Counted from the stretch's first letter, positions 29,285 through 38,800 are shown. The stretch: DNA of 64,000 nucleotides from Gemmatimonas sp. (GCA_031414535.1 JANNVQ010000029.1:1-64000), one strand, 5' to 3'. The notes: a model not told the origin generated them from the letters alone. Translations and numbers: made by a program.

Positions 29285-30745
29285 CTATTGCCGCGCCCGA
29301 GGGCGAATATTTAGTGACCAGTCATACTCAGTGTCGACCCAACGAAACTCGCCGCTCCGCAGGAGTGCTTGTGCGGCCGGGTCGCTGACGTAGGGAGCCC
29401 AAAAACGCCCGACGCCGGCCAAGGTGTTCCCAAAGTCCTCACGGTACCATGTAAATATCGGCGAGCCGTAGACCGTTCGTGCCGCTACATCCACGCGGTT
29501 CTTGCCACGCGATGACAGAAAGCGCCGCGCCTGATCGTCGAGCTGCGCGCTGAGCCGCTCCGCCACGAACGCCTCATTGCGTAGCGGCGGGCAACCCAAC
29601 GCGGCACAAACTAACGCGACGTGAATGCGGGAATCCGAAAACTCCTTACGGATGATGACGTGCTCCACATCATCGAGCGTCAGCGTGCGCCCGTCCACGC
29701 GAACGATTGGCTCCGCCCAAGGGCTTCGGAACGTGACGCCAAACCGCTTGTTGATGTTGCGGATGGACCTCCGTTCGTTGCGGCTGTTGATGAGCTCGAT
29801 GGTGTACGCGTTGTACACATTGATCCAGAAAGCGAGCCGCTCATCATTCGGGAGCCGGCTGGGCGTCACGCGACCCAACGCTTGCAGGTAGGCCGGGAAG
29901 CGTGGATCGCGCTTGAACGCGTCGTAGTCCACGAGCCCATCGGTTACGTAGGCGGAGAGCATCGCCGACCACGGTCCGTGATCTACCGACTGTGCGTCCG
30001 CAGTACGCGTCGGCAGCACAACAGTCGCGGCGAGCGCGGCAATCCACCCCATCCGCTTGGCGAGCGTCGGTACGAACGACAGAGCAATCAACAGCGCTGC
30101 CGCAATCGCCACCTGCGTGAATGCCGCCGCGCGCGCGCCGTCCACACCAGCGAGGAGCGAATCGGCGAAGTACGTGTAGATAGCGGTGCCGGGCACGATG
30201 CCGAGGGCGGTGGACGCGATATACGTGGATGGCCGAACACCCGCGAGGCCCGCGCCGAAGTTGAGCGCATTGAACGGCACAATGGGAATCAAGCGTAGCC
30301 GAAGCAGGGGCAGGAAGGCCTTCGAGCCCGACAAAGAATCGAGCGCCGAGGCTCGCTTGCCGAGCAGTTGGCGCAAGGTCTCGCCACCGAGTGTGCGCGC
30401 CAAAAAGAACGCGCCGGTGGCCCCGAGCGTGGCGCCAAGCCAGTTCAACCCTGTTCCGGCAGCCGCGCCGAAGATTGCGCCGCCAGCGAGTGTGAGTGGC
30501 GTTCCCGGTAACCCGAGCGATGCGACGATGGCGTAGGTGAGCACGAATGCCGGGGCCGCCCATGGTAACTCTCGGGCGGCTCGCACGGCTTCGCCCAGCT
30601 TTGTGGGGTCTGCATAGGCCAGGAGACCGAGGCGGTCGGCGAGCAGGTAGGCACCGGCGATTACCGCCACGAGAATCGCGAGGCGTATAAGGCCTCGATT
30701 GCGGGGTGTCGCTTGAGTGGTGCTGGTTGTCTCGGTGGCGGACAT
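29285..30745 (-). CDS. VTT/TVP38 (DedA-like) membrane domain fused to DUF547
   Basis: 'LPGTPLTLAGG', 'LRLIPIVPFNALNF', 'GIVPGT'; then 'LAFWINVYNA', 'RIHVALVCAALGCPPL', 'YDWSLN'. Confidence 0.9.
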   Translation of the reverse strand: MSATETTSTTQATPRNRGLIRLAILVAVIAGAYLLADRLGLLAYADPTKLGEAVRAARELPWAAPAFVLTYAIVASLGLPGTPLTLAGGAIFGAAAGTGLNWLGATLGATGAFFLARTLGGETLRQLLGKRASALDSLSGSKAFLPLLRLRLIPIVPFNALNFGAGLAGVRPSTYIASTALGIVPGTAIYTYFADSLLAGVDGARAAAFTQVAIAAALLIALSFVPTLAKRMGWIAALAATVVLPTRTADAQSVDHGPWSAMLSAYVTDGLVDYDAFKRDPRFPAYLQALGRVTPSRLPNDERLAFWINVYNAYTIELINSRNERRSIRNINKRFGVTFRSPWAEPIVRVDGRTLTLDDVEHVIIRKEFSDSRIHVALVCAALGCPPLRNEAFVAERLSAQLDDQARRFLSSRGKNRVDVAARTVYGSPIFTWYREDFGNTLAGVGRFWAPYVSDPAAQALLRSGEFRWVDTEYDWSLNIRPRARQ

Positions 30746-30764
30746 GAGGTCGCGTCGGGGTCGA

Positions 30765-30790
30765 GTGAACTCTTTACAATGCCTGTGTCT
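30765..30790 (+). promoter_or_regulatory. ECF-type promoter GTGAACT-N13-GTGTCT (for the disulfide reductase)
   Basis: Same spacing as the sites at 33665 and 37323. Confidence 0.6.
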
Positions 30791-30812
30791 TGGAACTTGG
30801 TACACGCTGATA

Positions 30813-30838
30813 AGACTTGAGGCGGCCGAAAGATTCCA
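30813..30838 (-). promoter_or_regulatory. ECF-type promoter TGGAATC-N13-AAGTCT (for VTT-DUF547/ytxJ-like)
   Basis: Minus-strand match with identical spacing. Confidence 0.6.
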
Positions 30839-30870
30839 ACTCGGACGCAATTCCTTTCAATTACTTGCCA

Positions 30871-32304
30871 ATGCAGAGCATACCGGTTTACGACATCCTC
30901 GCCATCGGCGGTGGCACAGCCGGACTCGTCACGGCCGCTGGCGGCGCTGGCCTCGGCGCGCGCGTGGCGCTCGTGGAGCGGCATCGGATGGGTGGTGAGT
31001 GTCTGTGGAACGGCTGCGTTCCAAGCAAAGCCTTGATTGCCGCCGCGAAAGCCGCCCACCACGCGCGGTCCGCGCGTCGATTCGGCGTCGAGGTGGGTGA
31101 CGTGACCGTGCATCTGGAGGAAGCGCTCAACCACGTACGCCGCGTGCAAGACCGCATTGCCCCACACGATTCGCCTGAGCGATTTCGCGGACTCGGCGTG
31201 GATGTGCACGAGGGGCAGGCGCGCATCGTGGCGCCGGGCGAGGTCGAGGTGAACGGCAGGCGTCTGCGTGCCCGCCACATCGTGATCGCTACCGGGACTC
31301 GGCCGGCGGTACCGCCAATTCCCGGTCTCGCCGACGCGCCCTACCTCACGAACGAGAGCGTGTTTGACATCGCGGCGCTGCCGCGCACGCTCCTTGTGAT
31401 TGGCGGCGGGCCCATCGGTACGGAACTGGCGCAGGCGTTCGCGCGCCTCGGTAGCACGGTGCATGTCATTGAGGCGTTGCCGGACTTCTTTGCGCGCGAG
31501 GATCGCGAACTCGCCGCACTGTTGAAGGGCCAGTTGGAGGCCGAGGGCATTCGGTTCCACTTGGGCGCCAAGGCTACCGCCGTGCGCCACGTGGGCGGCG
31601 TCACGAGCGTGGACTTGCAGCGTGCCGACGGGACGACCGAATTACTTTCCGGCGACGCGCTTCTCGTGGCGGTAGGCCGTGCTCCGAACCTCGAGAATCT
31701 CGGGCTCGAAGCCGTTGGTGTCGCTACCGATCGCGGCGGAGTCATCACGGATGGGTACCTCCGCACCAATGTCCCGGGCATCTGGGCCGTCGGCGATATT
31801 GTGAGTGGTAGTCTCAAGTTCACGCACGCTGCCGACCATATGGCGCGCGGCTTGTTGCGCAACGCGTTGTTCCCGGGCAAGAGCCGTCTCGACTACTCGG
31901 CCCTGCCGTGGGTGACCTACACCGACCCTGAGCTCGCCCGCGTGGGGCTCACCGACACTGAGGCGCGTTCGCAGTACGGCGCTGGTGTCGGGGTGTGGCG
32001 GCGCGACGTGGGTGCGGTGGACCGAGTGATTGCCGATGCCGCGCCGGGCGGAATGGTGAAGATCGTGACTGACGCCAAGGGACGCGTGGTTGGCGGCCAC
32101 ATTCTTGGCCCGCACGCGGGCGATATGATTGGCGAACTCACCATCGCGCTGAAGTACAAGATGACTGTCGCGCAGATGGGCGCGGTGATTCACCCGTATC
32201 CAACGACCGCGGAGGCGGTGAAGCAAGCGGCAGAGATGCGGGTCAAGTCTACGTTCAGTGGCTGGAAGAAGTCGCTCGTGCGCTGGTTGGTGCGGCGGGT
32301 CTGA
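30871..32304 (+). CDS. Flavin pyridine-nucleotide disulfide oxidoreductase (dihydrolipoamide dehydrogenase/MerA-like family)
   Basis: 'IGGGTAG', 'GGECLWNGCVPSK', 'IGGGPIGTE', 'IHPYPTTAE'. Confidence 0.92.
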   Translation: MQSIPVYDILAIGGGTAGLVTAAGGAGLGARVALVERHRMGGECLWNGCVPSKALIAAAKAAHHARSARRFGVEVGDVTVHLEEALNHVRRVQDRIAPHDSPERFRGLGVDVHEGQARIVAPGEVEVNGRRLRARHIVIATGTRPAVPPIPGLADAPYLTNESVFDIAALPRTLLVIGGGPIGTELAQAFARLGSTVHVIEALPDFFAREDRELAALLKGQLEAEGIRFHLGAKATAVRHVGGVTSVDLQRADGTTELLSGDALLVAVGRAPNLENLGLEAVGVATDRGGVITDGYLRTNVPGIWAVGDIVSGSLKFTHAADHMARGLLRNALFPGKSRLDYSALPWVTYTDPELARVGLTDTEARSQYGAGVGVWRRDVGAVDRVIADAAPGGMVKIVTDAKGRVVGGHILGPHAGDMIGELTIALKYKMTVAQMGAVIHPYPTTAEAVKQAAEMRVKSTFSGWKKSLVRWLVRRV

Positions 32305-33658
32305 GGAGTGATACGAGAATGCCGGTGATGAAAATCAGCGGAATGCCGTACATCGCCCACGGCCAAGTGTAGCCGCCAGCCTCACCGACCACGACGAAGC
32401 ACCCCACGCCCCATATCACGCCCACCACCACACTGGCCCAAGCACCGGCCGCGGTGGCACGCGGCCAGTGGAACCCGGCGAGCAGTGCAAACGCGAGTGC
32501 CGCCACGGGGATGTTCGCGAGGATGAGTCGGTCGAGAATGTCGTCAACAAGAAAACTTCCGCCGAGCCAGCTCAGCAGCGCGAAGCCCGAGACGAGCGCG
32601 CGCTGAGCGCGGAGGCCGAGTCCGCGCTCGCCGATGAGATCGGCCGCCGCCATCGTACCCATCGCGCTCCAGACACCCGCAAGCGTCGTAAACGCCGCGC
32701 CGAGGAGCACGGCGAACCCCGCGCCTCGCAGACCAATCGGAAGCCAGCGGCGCAGCATCTCGGGAACGGCGAGCTGTGGGTCACTCAATTGCGGCAGCTC
32801 CACACGAAGCGCGGCGGCAGCCAGCACGATCATTGCATACAGGAGGAAAACCAATCCCGCGCTCCACGCCACCGCCCGGAACGCCGTCTGGTCGTCCTTG
32901 GCCGCAAAAATCTTCTGCCCGTACCACGGTGCCGCGATGTACGTGAAGCAGGTGAGCACCATCAATGTGACCACGAACCTTGTGGGCAACGCCGGGTGCG
33001 TCCACTGCGCAATGGGCGATACGCTGAATTGATCGGTGGGGAACACCGTCGCCAGTCCCTCAAGGCCGCCAACGCGCGTCCAGCCCACGGCGAGCAGCAC
33101 GGGGAAGAGCAGGGCCGCCGCCACAAATCCCGCGATGTCCGCGCGCACTACTGAGCGCAATCCGCCGGGCAGCACCGCGGCGAGGACCACCGCGGTGAGC
33201 ACTGCGCTGAGTGCCGGCGCCGGCCACGAGGGCAGAAACGGCTGAAACAAGAGCGTCATCGACTTCACGTACGTGGACGTGAAGCCGACCATCGCGAGCA
33301 GGAGCAGCACCGAGGCGCTGCGGCCGAGTGCCGGGGAGTAGCGGCGCGTGAACAGCTCGGCGACCGACAGTCGGTCAAAGCGCTTCCAAGCTCGAGCGAC
33401 AGTGAGCGTGTAGAACGCGAGTCCAACAAGGAATACGGCCGGAAGCGCCACCGCCATTGGCCCCGCCGCGTAGCCCGCCGCGGCAAACGCCAGCAGTGTG
33501 CTGGTGTTGAACTCGGTCATAACCAGCGTTGCAACCAACGGGAACAGCGTGAGGTCGCGCGAGGCCACTACGAAGTCCGAAGCGCTGGCCCGCTGGCGCG
33601 CGCCGGCAACAACAAAGAGAGCGACAACAGCCGCGAAGCCAGCCAGATCGATAATCAT
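32255..33658 (-). CDS. Sodium:solute symporter family transporter
   Basis: About 13 TMs; 'FVVASRDL', 'GGLRSVVRAD', 'QKIFAAKD'. Confidence 0.88.
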   Translation of the reverse strand: MIIDLAGFAAVVALFVVAGARQRASASDFVVASRDLTLFPLVATLVMTEFNTSTLLAFAAAGYAAGPMAVALPAVFLVGLAFYTLTVARAWKRFDRLSVAELFTRRYSPALGRSASVLLLLAMVGFTSTYVKSMTLLFQPFLPSWPAPALSAVLTAVVLAAVLPGGLRSVVRADIAGFVAAALLFPVLLAVGWTRVGGLEGLATVFPTDQFSVSPIAQWTHPALPTRFVVTLMVLTCFTYIAAPWYGQKIFAAKDDQTAFRAVAWSAGLVFLLYAMIVLAAAALRVELPQLSDPQLAVPEMLRRWLPIGLRGAGFAVLLGAAFTTLAGVWSAMGTMAAADLIGERGLGLRAQRALVSGFALLSWLGGSFLVDDILDRLILANIPVAALAFALLAGFHWPRATAAGAWASVVVGVIWGVGCFVVVGEAGGYTWPWAMYGIPLIFITGILVSLLRPAAPTSARATSSSH

Positions 33659-33664
33659 CAGCTT

Positions 33665-33690
33665 GGGAACTCTAATAGGGGGGGAGGTCT
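33665..33690 (+). promoter_or_regulatory. ECF-type promoter GGGAACT-N13-AGGTCT (for the TonB receptor)
   Basis: Both boxes identical to those at 37323-37348. Confidence 0.72.
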
Positions 33691-33723
33691 TGCCACCTAG
33701 GCGCAATCCGCCGCGCAGCCTTA

Positions 33724-33749
33724 TTACGTAGCTCTACCGTGCAGTTCCA
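33724..33749 (-). promoter_or_regulatory. ECF-type promoter TGGAACT-N13-ACGTAA (for the symporter)
   Basis: -35 matches; -10 is a variant at the same spacing. Confidence 0.5.
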
Positions 33750-33772
33750 CCACCAGCAAAGACCTGAACGCG

Positions 33773-36709
33773 ATGATTTGTTCTCTTTTCCGCTCGGCGA
33801 TTCTGCCGCTGACTCTCACCCTCGTGCTTCCGGCCGCCCTGGCTTCGCAGTCGGTGCCCAACGTTTCTGGCACCGTGCGCGCCCAGCGCGGCTCGCCGGT
33901 GGCCGATGCCACCGTGGCCGATGCCACCGTGGCCGATTCCGGCGGCGTCTCCGTGCGTACAGATAGCCAAGGCCGATTCGGCATCGCCGTGGGTGCTGGC
34001 GGAGCGCTTCTGCGCATCACCGCACCAGGCTTTGTCCCGGCCACCCTGCGCGTGGAGCCACTCGCCGAGGGCACCCGTCGTGAACTTGCGGTTGTGCTAG
34101 TGCCGCTGCCCTCACTTGAGGTGCGCCGGATTGTCGCGGCGCAGGCGCGCCCGCTGCTCGACACCGAAACCGCGACCACCGGTGGATCAATTGAGCGAGC
34201 AGAGATCGAGGCGCTCCCCACCGACGCGCGCGACCCAATCGCATTGCTCTACAACATTCCTGGTGTCACGCCGGCGACGGGGTTCTTTGGTGATGCCCCG
34301 CGGCTGTCGTTTAACGGTGGCAATGCGCTGTACTCGCAGTACCTACTCGATGGGTTGGACAACAACGAGGGATTTCTCGGTGGCCCTCGTGTTGATCTTC
34401 CGCTCGGCGCCATTGCACGCATTGATGCCTTGGTGAACACCTATGGGACTCGCTATGGTCGCAGTCCCGACGGCGTGGTGGATGTAACATCCGCCACCGG
34501 TAGTGATCGCTGGACCGGCGACCTCTTTGTGTATGATCGTCCCGGGCGCCCCTTTGACGCTCGCACGGCCACTCCATTCGGTGGCGCGAGTGAGGCCATC
34601 GCGCGGCGCCAGGAGGGATTCCAGCGAACGCAGCTAGGCGGCTCGCTGCGCGGTGCGCTGCATCCGGGGCGCACGTTCTTCGCCAGCGCGCTCGAACTCA
34701 CGCGAGAGGACGAGGATCGCATTGGCTCTACAGCGCTCGCTCAGTTCCTCGGCACTGAAACGCGCAGCACGTGGAAGGGATTCGCGCGCCTGGACCACGG
34801 GTGGAGCCCGACGCAAACGACGACGCTCCGAGTGGCGGCGAGCAATGTGGACCGTGCCGGCAACGGCAGCGGCGTCGTAACGCCTGAAGCTGACATCAGC
34901 ACGCGGCGCGTGGGTTCCCTCACGGCGCTGACGCATCGTTCGGCACTTCGTGGCCAACGAGCCATCAACACGGCGAGCGTCCAGTTCGGAACCTTTCATT
35001 GGTACTTTCCGCCTACTGAGAGCGACTTCTCACGCCCGCAGGTGACTGTGCTCACGCCGGGGCTCGCCACGCAGGCCGTGGTTGGCTCCAGCAACTTCAT
35101 TTTTGATGAGCGCGAGAATCAGCTCCAGCTGCGCGACGTGTTTGAGACAGCACTGGGCAAAGCACACACGCTACGAATTGGCGCAGACATCGTCGCCTCA
35201 CGCTTCGAGCTTGCGGCCGCGAGCAGCAATCCCAATGGCTCGTACGTCGTGATCAACAACGGTGATATTCCCGTCCCCACGGGACGGCCGCTGTCAATCG
35301 ACGATATCCCGGCAAGCGTCGAAGTCCAGAGCTACACGATTGATGCGAGACCACAGCAGGTGAACCTCTCGCAGACGCTCTACGGCGCATTTGTCGAGGA
35401 CACCTGGCGGCCAACGCCATCGCTTACGGTAATTGTCGGTCTGCGCTGGGACTACGATGACATCACGTCGCGGGGTGAGAGCGACCCAGACCTCGACAAC
35501 ATTCAGCCCCGCGTCTCGTTTAATTGGGTGCGCACGCCGCGCGATGTGCTGCGTGGCGGCGTGGGTCGTTACGCCGGCAAGTTTCCGTACGCCATCTTCT
35601 CCGATGCCATTCAGCTCGGCGCGTCTGGCAATGCAGTCGTGACGTACAGTGGCGCATCGGCACCGGCCTTTGATGCTGGCCCAAGGGCGGGAAGTGTTCC
35701 GCCAGGCGACATCACCTCGGTGCCGCGCGAGATCTTCCGCACGTTCGCACTCGGGCTCGAGCAGCCCATCAGCTGGCAGGGTACGCTCGGCTACCAGCGG
35801 CAGGTTGGCGCGCGCTGGGGGGTGTCCGCCGACGTGGTACTCAGCCGGACGCGCAATTTGCCCTGGCTCGCGGATTTGAATCCGATTTCGCGGCGACTCA
35901 CGGCCGCTGATTCCACGCCGCAGGTCTGCGCGAGCGCCACGAGCTGTCCGGGCGACTCCTTCCGCGCGGACGATCCAACGGCGTCGGGCTATCGCCGGCT
36001 CTCCACCGCGCAATCTGGCGGTACCGCTGAGTATGCCGCGCTCTACGTGGCCGCGCGCCACGATGTCAGTGACCGTTGGCAGCTCGATGCCAACTGGGTC
36101 TGGTCGCGCGCGCAGAACGATACCGAAGACATCAACTTCTCCGCCACGCAGGGCAACTGCTTCTCGACGGATCGTCGCGATGCCGTCACGGGTGACGCCT
36201 GCACGAGCGATGAATGGGGCGACGCTAACAACGACCGCCGGCATCGTCTCACCCTGCGCAGCGTCGCGCGGTTTTCACGGGGCCTCAACTGGAGTGTGAT
36301 TGCAGACGCGCAGACGGGCGTGCCGGTCAATCGCCTTGCCGGGACCGCCGATGCGAGCGGCACGGCGCGCTTCGATCTCCTCGGTAGCGGCCCCGTGCGT
36401 GGCAACTCGTTCATCGGGAACGCCGATCGTTTCTTTGGCGTGGCACGCAACGACGAGCGTCTGCCGGGCTCGCTCACCATCTCGATGTCGCTCGCGCAGC
36501 GCTTCGCGTTGCGCGGTGGTGCGCTGGAGGCGCGGGCAGACGTGTTCAATCTGCTCAATACCCTCGTATGGGGCGGATACGCCAACGGCATCGGCGGCGG
36601 AGGGAGTCGCCTGCAATACGGCCGGCCGGGCGATCCGACCTTCCTCTTTGCCGCTGCGCCAGCGCGGCAGTTTCAATTTTCGGCGCGCTACATCTTTGGC
36701 GGCGAGTAG
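33773..36709 (+). CDS. TonB-dependent receptor (Oar-like, N-terminal carboxypeptidase-regulatory-like domain)
   Basis: Signal peptide, plug 'YLLDGLDNN', 'GLRWDYD', 'DVFNLLN', C-terminal 'QFSARYIF'. Confidence 0.92.
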   Translation: MICSLFRSAILPLTLTLVLPAALASQSVPNVSGTVRAQRGSPVADATVADATVADSGGVSVRTDSQGRFGIAVGAGGALLRITAPGFVPATLRVEPLAEGTRRELAVVLVPLPSLEVRRIVAAQARPLLDTETATTGGSIERAEIEALPTDARDPIALLYNIPGVTPATGFFGDAPRLSFNGGNALYSQYLLDGLDNNEGFLGGPRVDLPLGAIARIDALVNTYGTRYGRSPDGVVDVTSATGSDRWTGDLFVYDRPGRPFDARTATPFGGASEAIARRQEGFQRTQLGGSLRGALHPGRTFFASALELTREDEDRIGSTALAQFLGTETRSTWKGFARLDHGWSPTQTTTLRVAASNVDRAGNGSGVVTPEADISTRRVGSLTALTHRSALRGQRAINTASVQFGTFHWYFPPTESDFSRPQVTVLTPGLATQAVVGSSNFIFDERENQLQLRDVFETALGKAHTLRIGADIVASRFELAAASSNPNGSYVVINNGDIPVPTGRPLSIDDIPASVEVQSYTIDARPQQVNLSQTLYGAFVEDTWRPTPSLTVIVGLRWDYDDITSRGESDPDLDNIQPRVSFNWVRTPRDVLRGGVGRYAGKFPYAIFSDAIQLGASGNAVVTYSGASAPAFDAGPRAGSVPPGDITSVPREIFRTFALGLEQPISWQGTLGYQRQVGARWGVSADVVLSRTRNLPWLADLNPISRRLTAADSTPQVCASATSCPGDSFRADDPTASGYRRLSTAQSGGTAEYAALYVAARHDVSDRWQLDANWVWSRAQNDTEDINFSATQGNCFSTDRRDAVTGDACTSDEWGDANNDRRHRLTLRSVARFSRGLNWSVIADAQTGVPVNRLAGTADASGTARFDLLGSGPVRGNSFIGNADRFFGVARNDERLPGSLTISMSLAQRFALRGGALEARADVFNLLNTLVWGGYANGIGGGGSRLQYGRPGDPTFLFAAAPARQFQFSARYIFGGE

Positions 36710-36718
36710 ATTCTCGCG

Positions 36719-37318
36719 ATGATTGATGAGCCCTTCCGAGCCTGGCTCGCGCGTGCCGCGAGCGCGCCCGTTCGCGGTATGCACGCCGCCGGCATCACGC
36801 CGAACGCCGTCACGGTCGCCGCGTTCGTACTGAGCGTTGCGGCCGTGCTGCCGATTGCGCGCGGAGAGTTCGCGCTCGGTATCGCATTCTGGCTCGCCGG
36901 GCGCCTGCTCGACGGCTACGATGGATTGCTGGCGAGAGTGTCGGGTCGCACTTCGCTCTTTGGCGGTTTCCTCGACATCTCGCTGGACATGTTGGCGTAC
37001 GCTGCGATGGCCGTTGCCTTCGCGTGGCAAATGCCCGCCAACCACGTGCTTTGGATGTTTGTGCTGGTGGGCTACATCGGCGTCATCACCACAACCCTTG
37101 CGTTATCGTCCCTGTTGGAGCGCGCCGACCGCCACCTCGGTGGCAACCGCTCGTTGCAGTTTACCCCCGGACTGGCTGAGGGGGGGGAGACAACGATTGC
37201 GTATGTCCTTGTTGCGTTGATGCCCGCCTGGACGCGCTGGGTGCTGACCGCGTGGATCCTGCTGTTGACCGTGACCGTGCTCGTGCGGATCCGCGCTGCA
37301 TATCGGCTGCTGCTCTGA
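36719..37318 (+). CDS. CDP-alcohol phosphatidyltransferase family protein (YnjF-like)
   Basis: 'TPNAVT', 'LLDGYDGLLAR...GGFLDISLD', 'GLAEGGET'. Confidence 0.9.
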   Translation: MIDEPFRAWLARAASAPVRGMHAAGITPNAVTVAAFVLSVAAVLPIARGEFALGIAFWLAGRLLDGYDGLLARVSGRTSLFGGFLDISLDMLAYAAMAVAFAWQMPANHVLWMFVLVGYIGVITTTLALSSLLERADRHLGGNRSLQFTPGLAEGGETTIAYVLVALMPAWTRWVLTAWILLLTVTVLVRIRAAYRLLL

Positions 37319-37322
37319 TGCC

Positions 37323-37348
37323 GGGAACTATCCCGAACCCGAAGGTCT
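37323..37348 (+). promoter_or_regulatory. Autoregulatory ECF promoter GGGAACT-N13-AGGTCT
   Basis: Ends 9 nt before the sigma GTG start. Confidence 0.72.
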
Positions 37349-37357
37349 ACCGGAAGA

Positions 37358-37945
37358 GTGACGTTTCCATCATCCGCGACATCATCGTTCGAGGCGCTCA
37401 CCCTACCGCACCTTAAGGCGGTAGCGCGTTACGCGCATTCGCTGACGCGCGAGGTCGCGGCGGCCGAGGACTTGGTGCAGGACACCTACCTCATCGCGGC
37501 CCAGAGCTGGCACACCTTCATTGCAGGCTCTGAGTGTCGGGCCTGGCTCTTCACCATCTGCCGGCACCGCTTCCTCCGCTCGCAGAAGCGCGAGCAGCGT
37601 CAAGAGCCCGTCGATGATGCGACGCTCGAGACGCTTGCAACTGCGCGCGGGCACGAGGCAGCGCGCGCGGATGGGCTGTCGGGGGCGTTTGAGCGACAGG
37701 AAGTGCTCGACGCGGTACAGGGCGCTATCGCTGCACTGCCCGAGGCGTATCGTGAGGTGGCCATCTTGGTGGATCTTCACGACAACAGTTACGAGTCCGC
37801 TGCTAGCATCCTTGGCGTCCCGGTGGGGACGGTACGATCCCGGCTCTTCCGCGCTCGTCGTTTGCTGCAGGAGCAACTGCTCACCCATGCGCGCGACCTC
37901 GGACTTGGCCGCGTCTCCAGTGCCATCAAGGAGATGTCACGATGA
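37358..37945 (+). CDS. ECF RNA polymerase sigma factor
   Basis: 'AEDLVQDTY', 'RAWLFTI', 'GVPVGTVRSRLFRARR'. Confidence 0.94.
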   Translation: MTFPSSATSSFEALTLPHLKAVARYAHSLTREVAAAEDLVQDTYLIAAQSWHTFIAGSECRAWLFTICRHRFLRSQKREQRQEPVDDATLETLATARGHEAARADGLSGAFERQEVLDAVQGAIAALPEAYREVAILVDLHDNSYESAASILGVPVGTVRSRLFRARRLLQEQLLTHARDLGLGRVSSAIKEMSR

Positions 37946-38208
37946 ATACAGGCCATAACCACGACGTTGACTGCAATGCCCTTGTCGCGCAACTCTGGGA
38001 CTACCTCGATGGTGAGTTGTCCACGGAGCACGTCGGCGCTTTGGAAATGCATCTCATGGCGTGCTCGCAGTGCTCCGGCCACGTTGAGTTCGAGCGTACA
38101 GTACTCGCAGCAATTCGCCAGGCTCGTACCGACGCCATCGATGCGGAGCGATTGACGTCACGGGTGCGTGGTGCGCTCGCCGCTGCTGGATTGTCAGACC
38201 CCCGCTGA
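37942..38208 (+). CDS. Soluble zinc-binding (zf-HC2/ZAS) anti-sigma factor
   Basis: 'C....LWDYLDGEL' and HxxxCxxC 'HLMACSQC'; no TM. Confidence 0.9.
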   Translation: MNTGHNHDVDCNALVAQLWDYLDGELSTEHVGALEMHLMACSQCSGHVEFERTVLAAIRQARTDAIDAERLTSRVRGALAAAGLSDPR

Positions 38209-38234
38209 AGCCCACACCCGTGAGAACGCATTCC

Positions 38235-38771
38235 ATGCCGTCACCCACTTCGATTCACGCCCCAACGCTGCATTTGCTGCTTGCCGCAGCACTGGTCCTT
38301 GCGGCTGCGCTGCCCACCACAGCACGGGCTCAAGTCGCGGCGGACGTACAGCGCGCGCCGCAGACGCAGCTCGGTCTCGGCCGCGGTCCAATCAATACCG
38401 ATACATCCGGCATTGCGCTGAAGGGTTACGATCCCGTGGCCTACCAGACGGCGTCGCAGGCCATGCTTGGGCTCGACTCACTCACGGCCGTGCATGATGG
38501 GGTGACGTACCGGTTTGCGAGCGCGGCCAACCGCGCGCTCTTCATTCAAGATCCAACGCGCTACACGCCCGCGTACGGCGGCTATTGCGCGATGGGAGTC
38601 GTCGGCGGCCGCAAGTTCGACATCGATCCGATGGCGTTCACTATCGTGGGCGGCCGACTCTACATGAACAAGGATATGCGCACGAGGACGATGTGGATGC
38701 GCGACATTCCTGGCTTTATCGGGCGCGCCGACACGAACTGGCCTCGCGCGCTCAGCCAGATGGGCTTCTAA
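38235..38771 (+). CDS. Secreted YHS-domain protein
   Basis: 'GYDPVAY', 'YRFASAANRALF..DP.RY.PAYGGYCAMG'. Confidence 0.88.
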   Translation: MPSPTSIHAPTLHLLLAAALVLAAALPTTARAQVAADVQRAPQTQLGLGRGPINTDTSGIALKGYDPVAYQTASQAMLGLDSLTAVHDGVTYRFASAANRALFIQDPTRYTPAYGGYCAMGVVGGRKFDIDPMAFTIVGGRLYMNKDMRTRTMWMRDIPGFIGRADTNWPRALSQMGF

Positions 38772-38800
38772 CGGGCAGGGAACTTTGCCCTGCACTCGGG

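Noticed and set aside
30871..32304. Mercuric reductase MerA
   Set aside because: No C-terminal Cys-Cys pair or N-terminal HMA domain; retains the HPxxxxE motif of lipoamide-dehydrogenase-type enzymes; no mer genes nearby.
33678..33684. Phase-variable poly-G tract
   Set aside because: Only G7 in a high-GC genome. It does lie in the promoter spacer, but there is no evidence of length variation.
38235..38771. Selenoprotein YHS
   Set aside because: The active position is a normal Cys codon (GGYC); there is no in-frame TGA.
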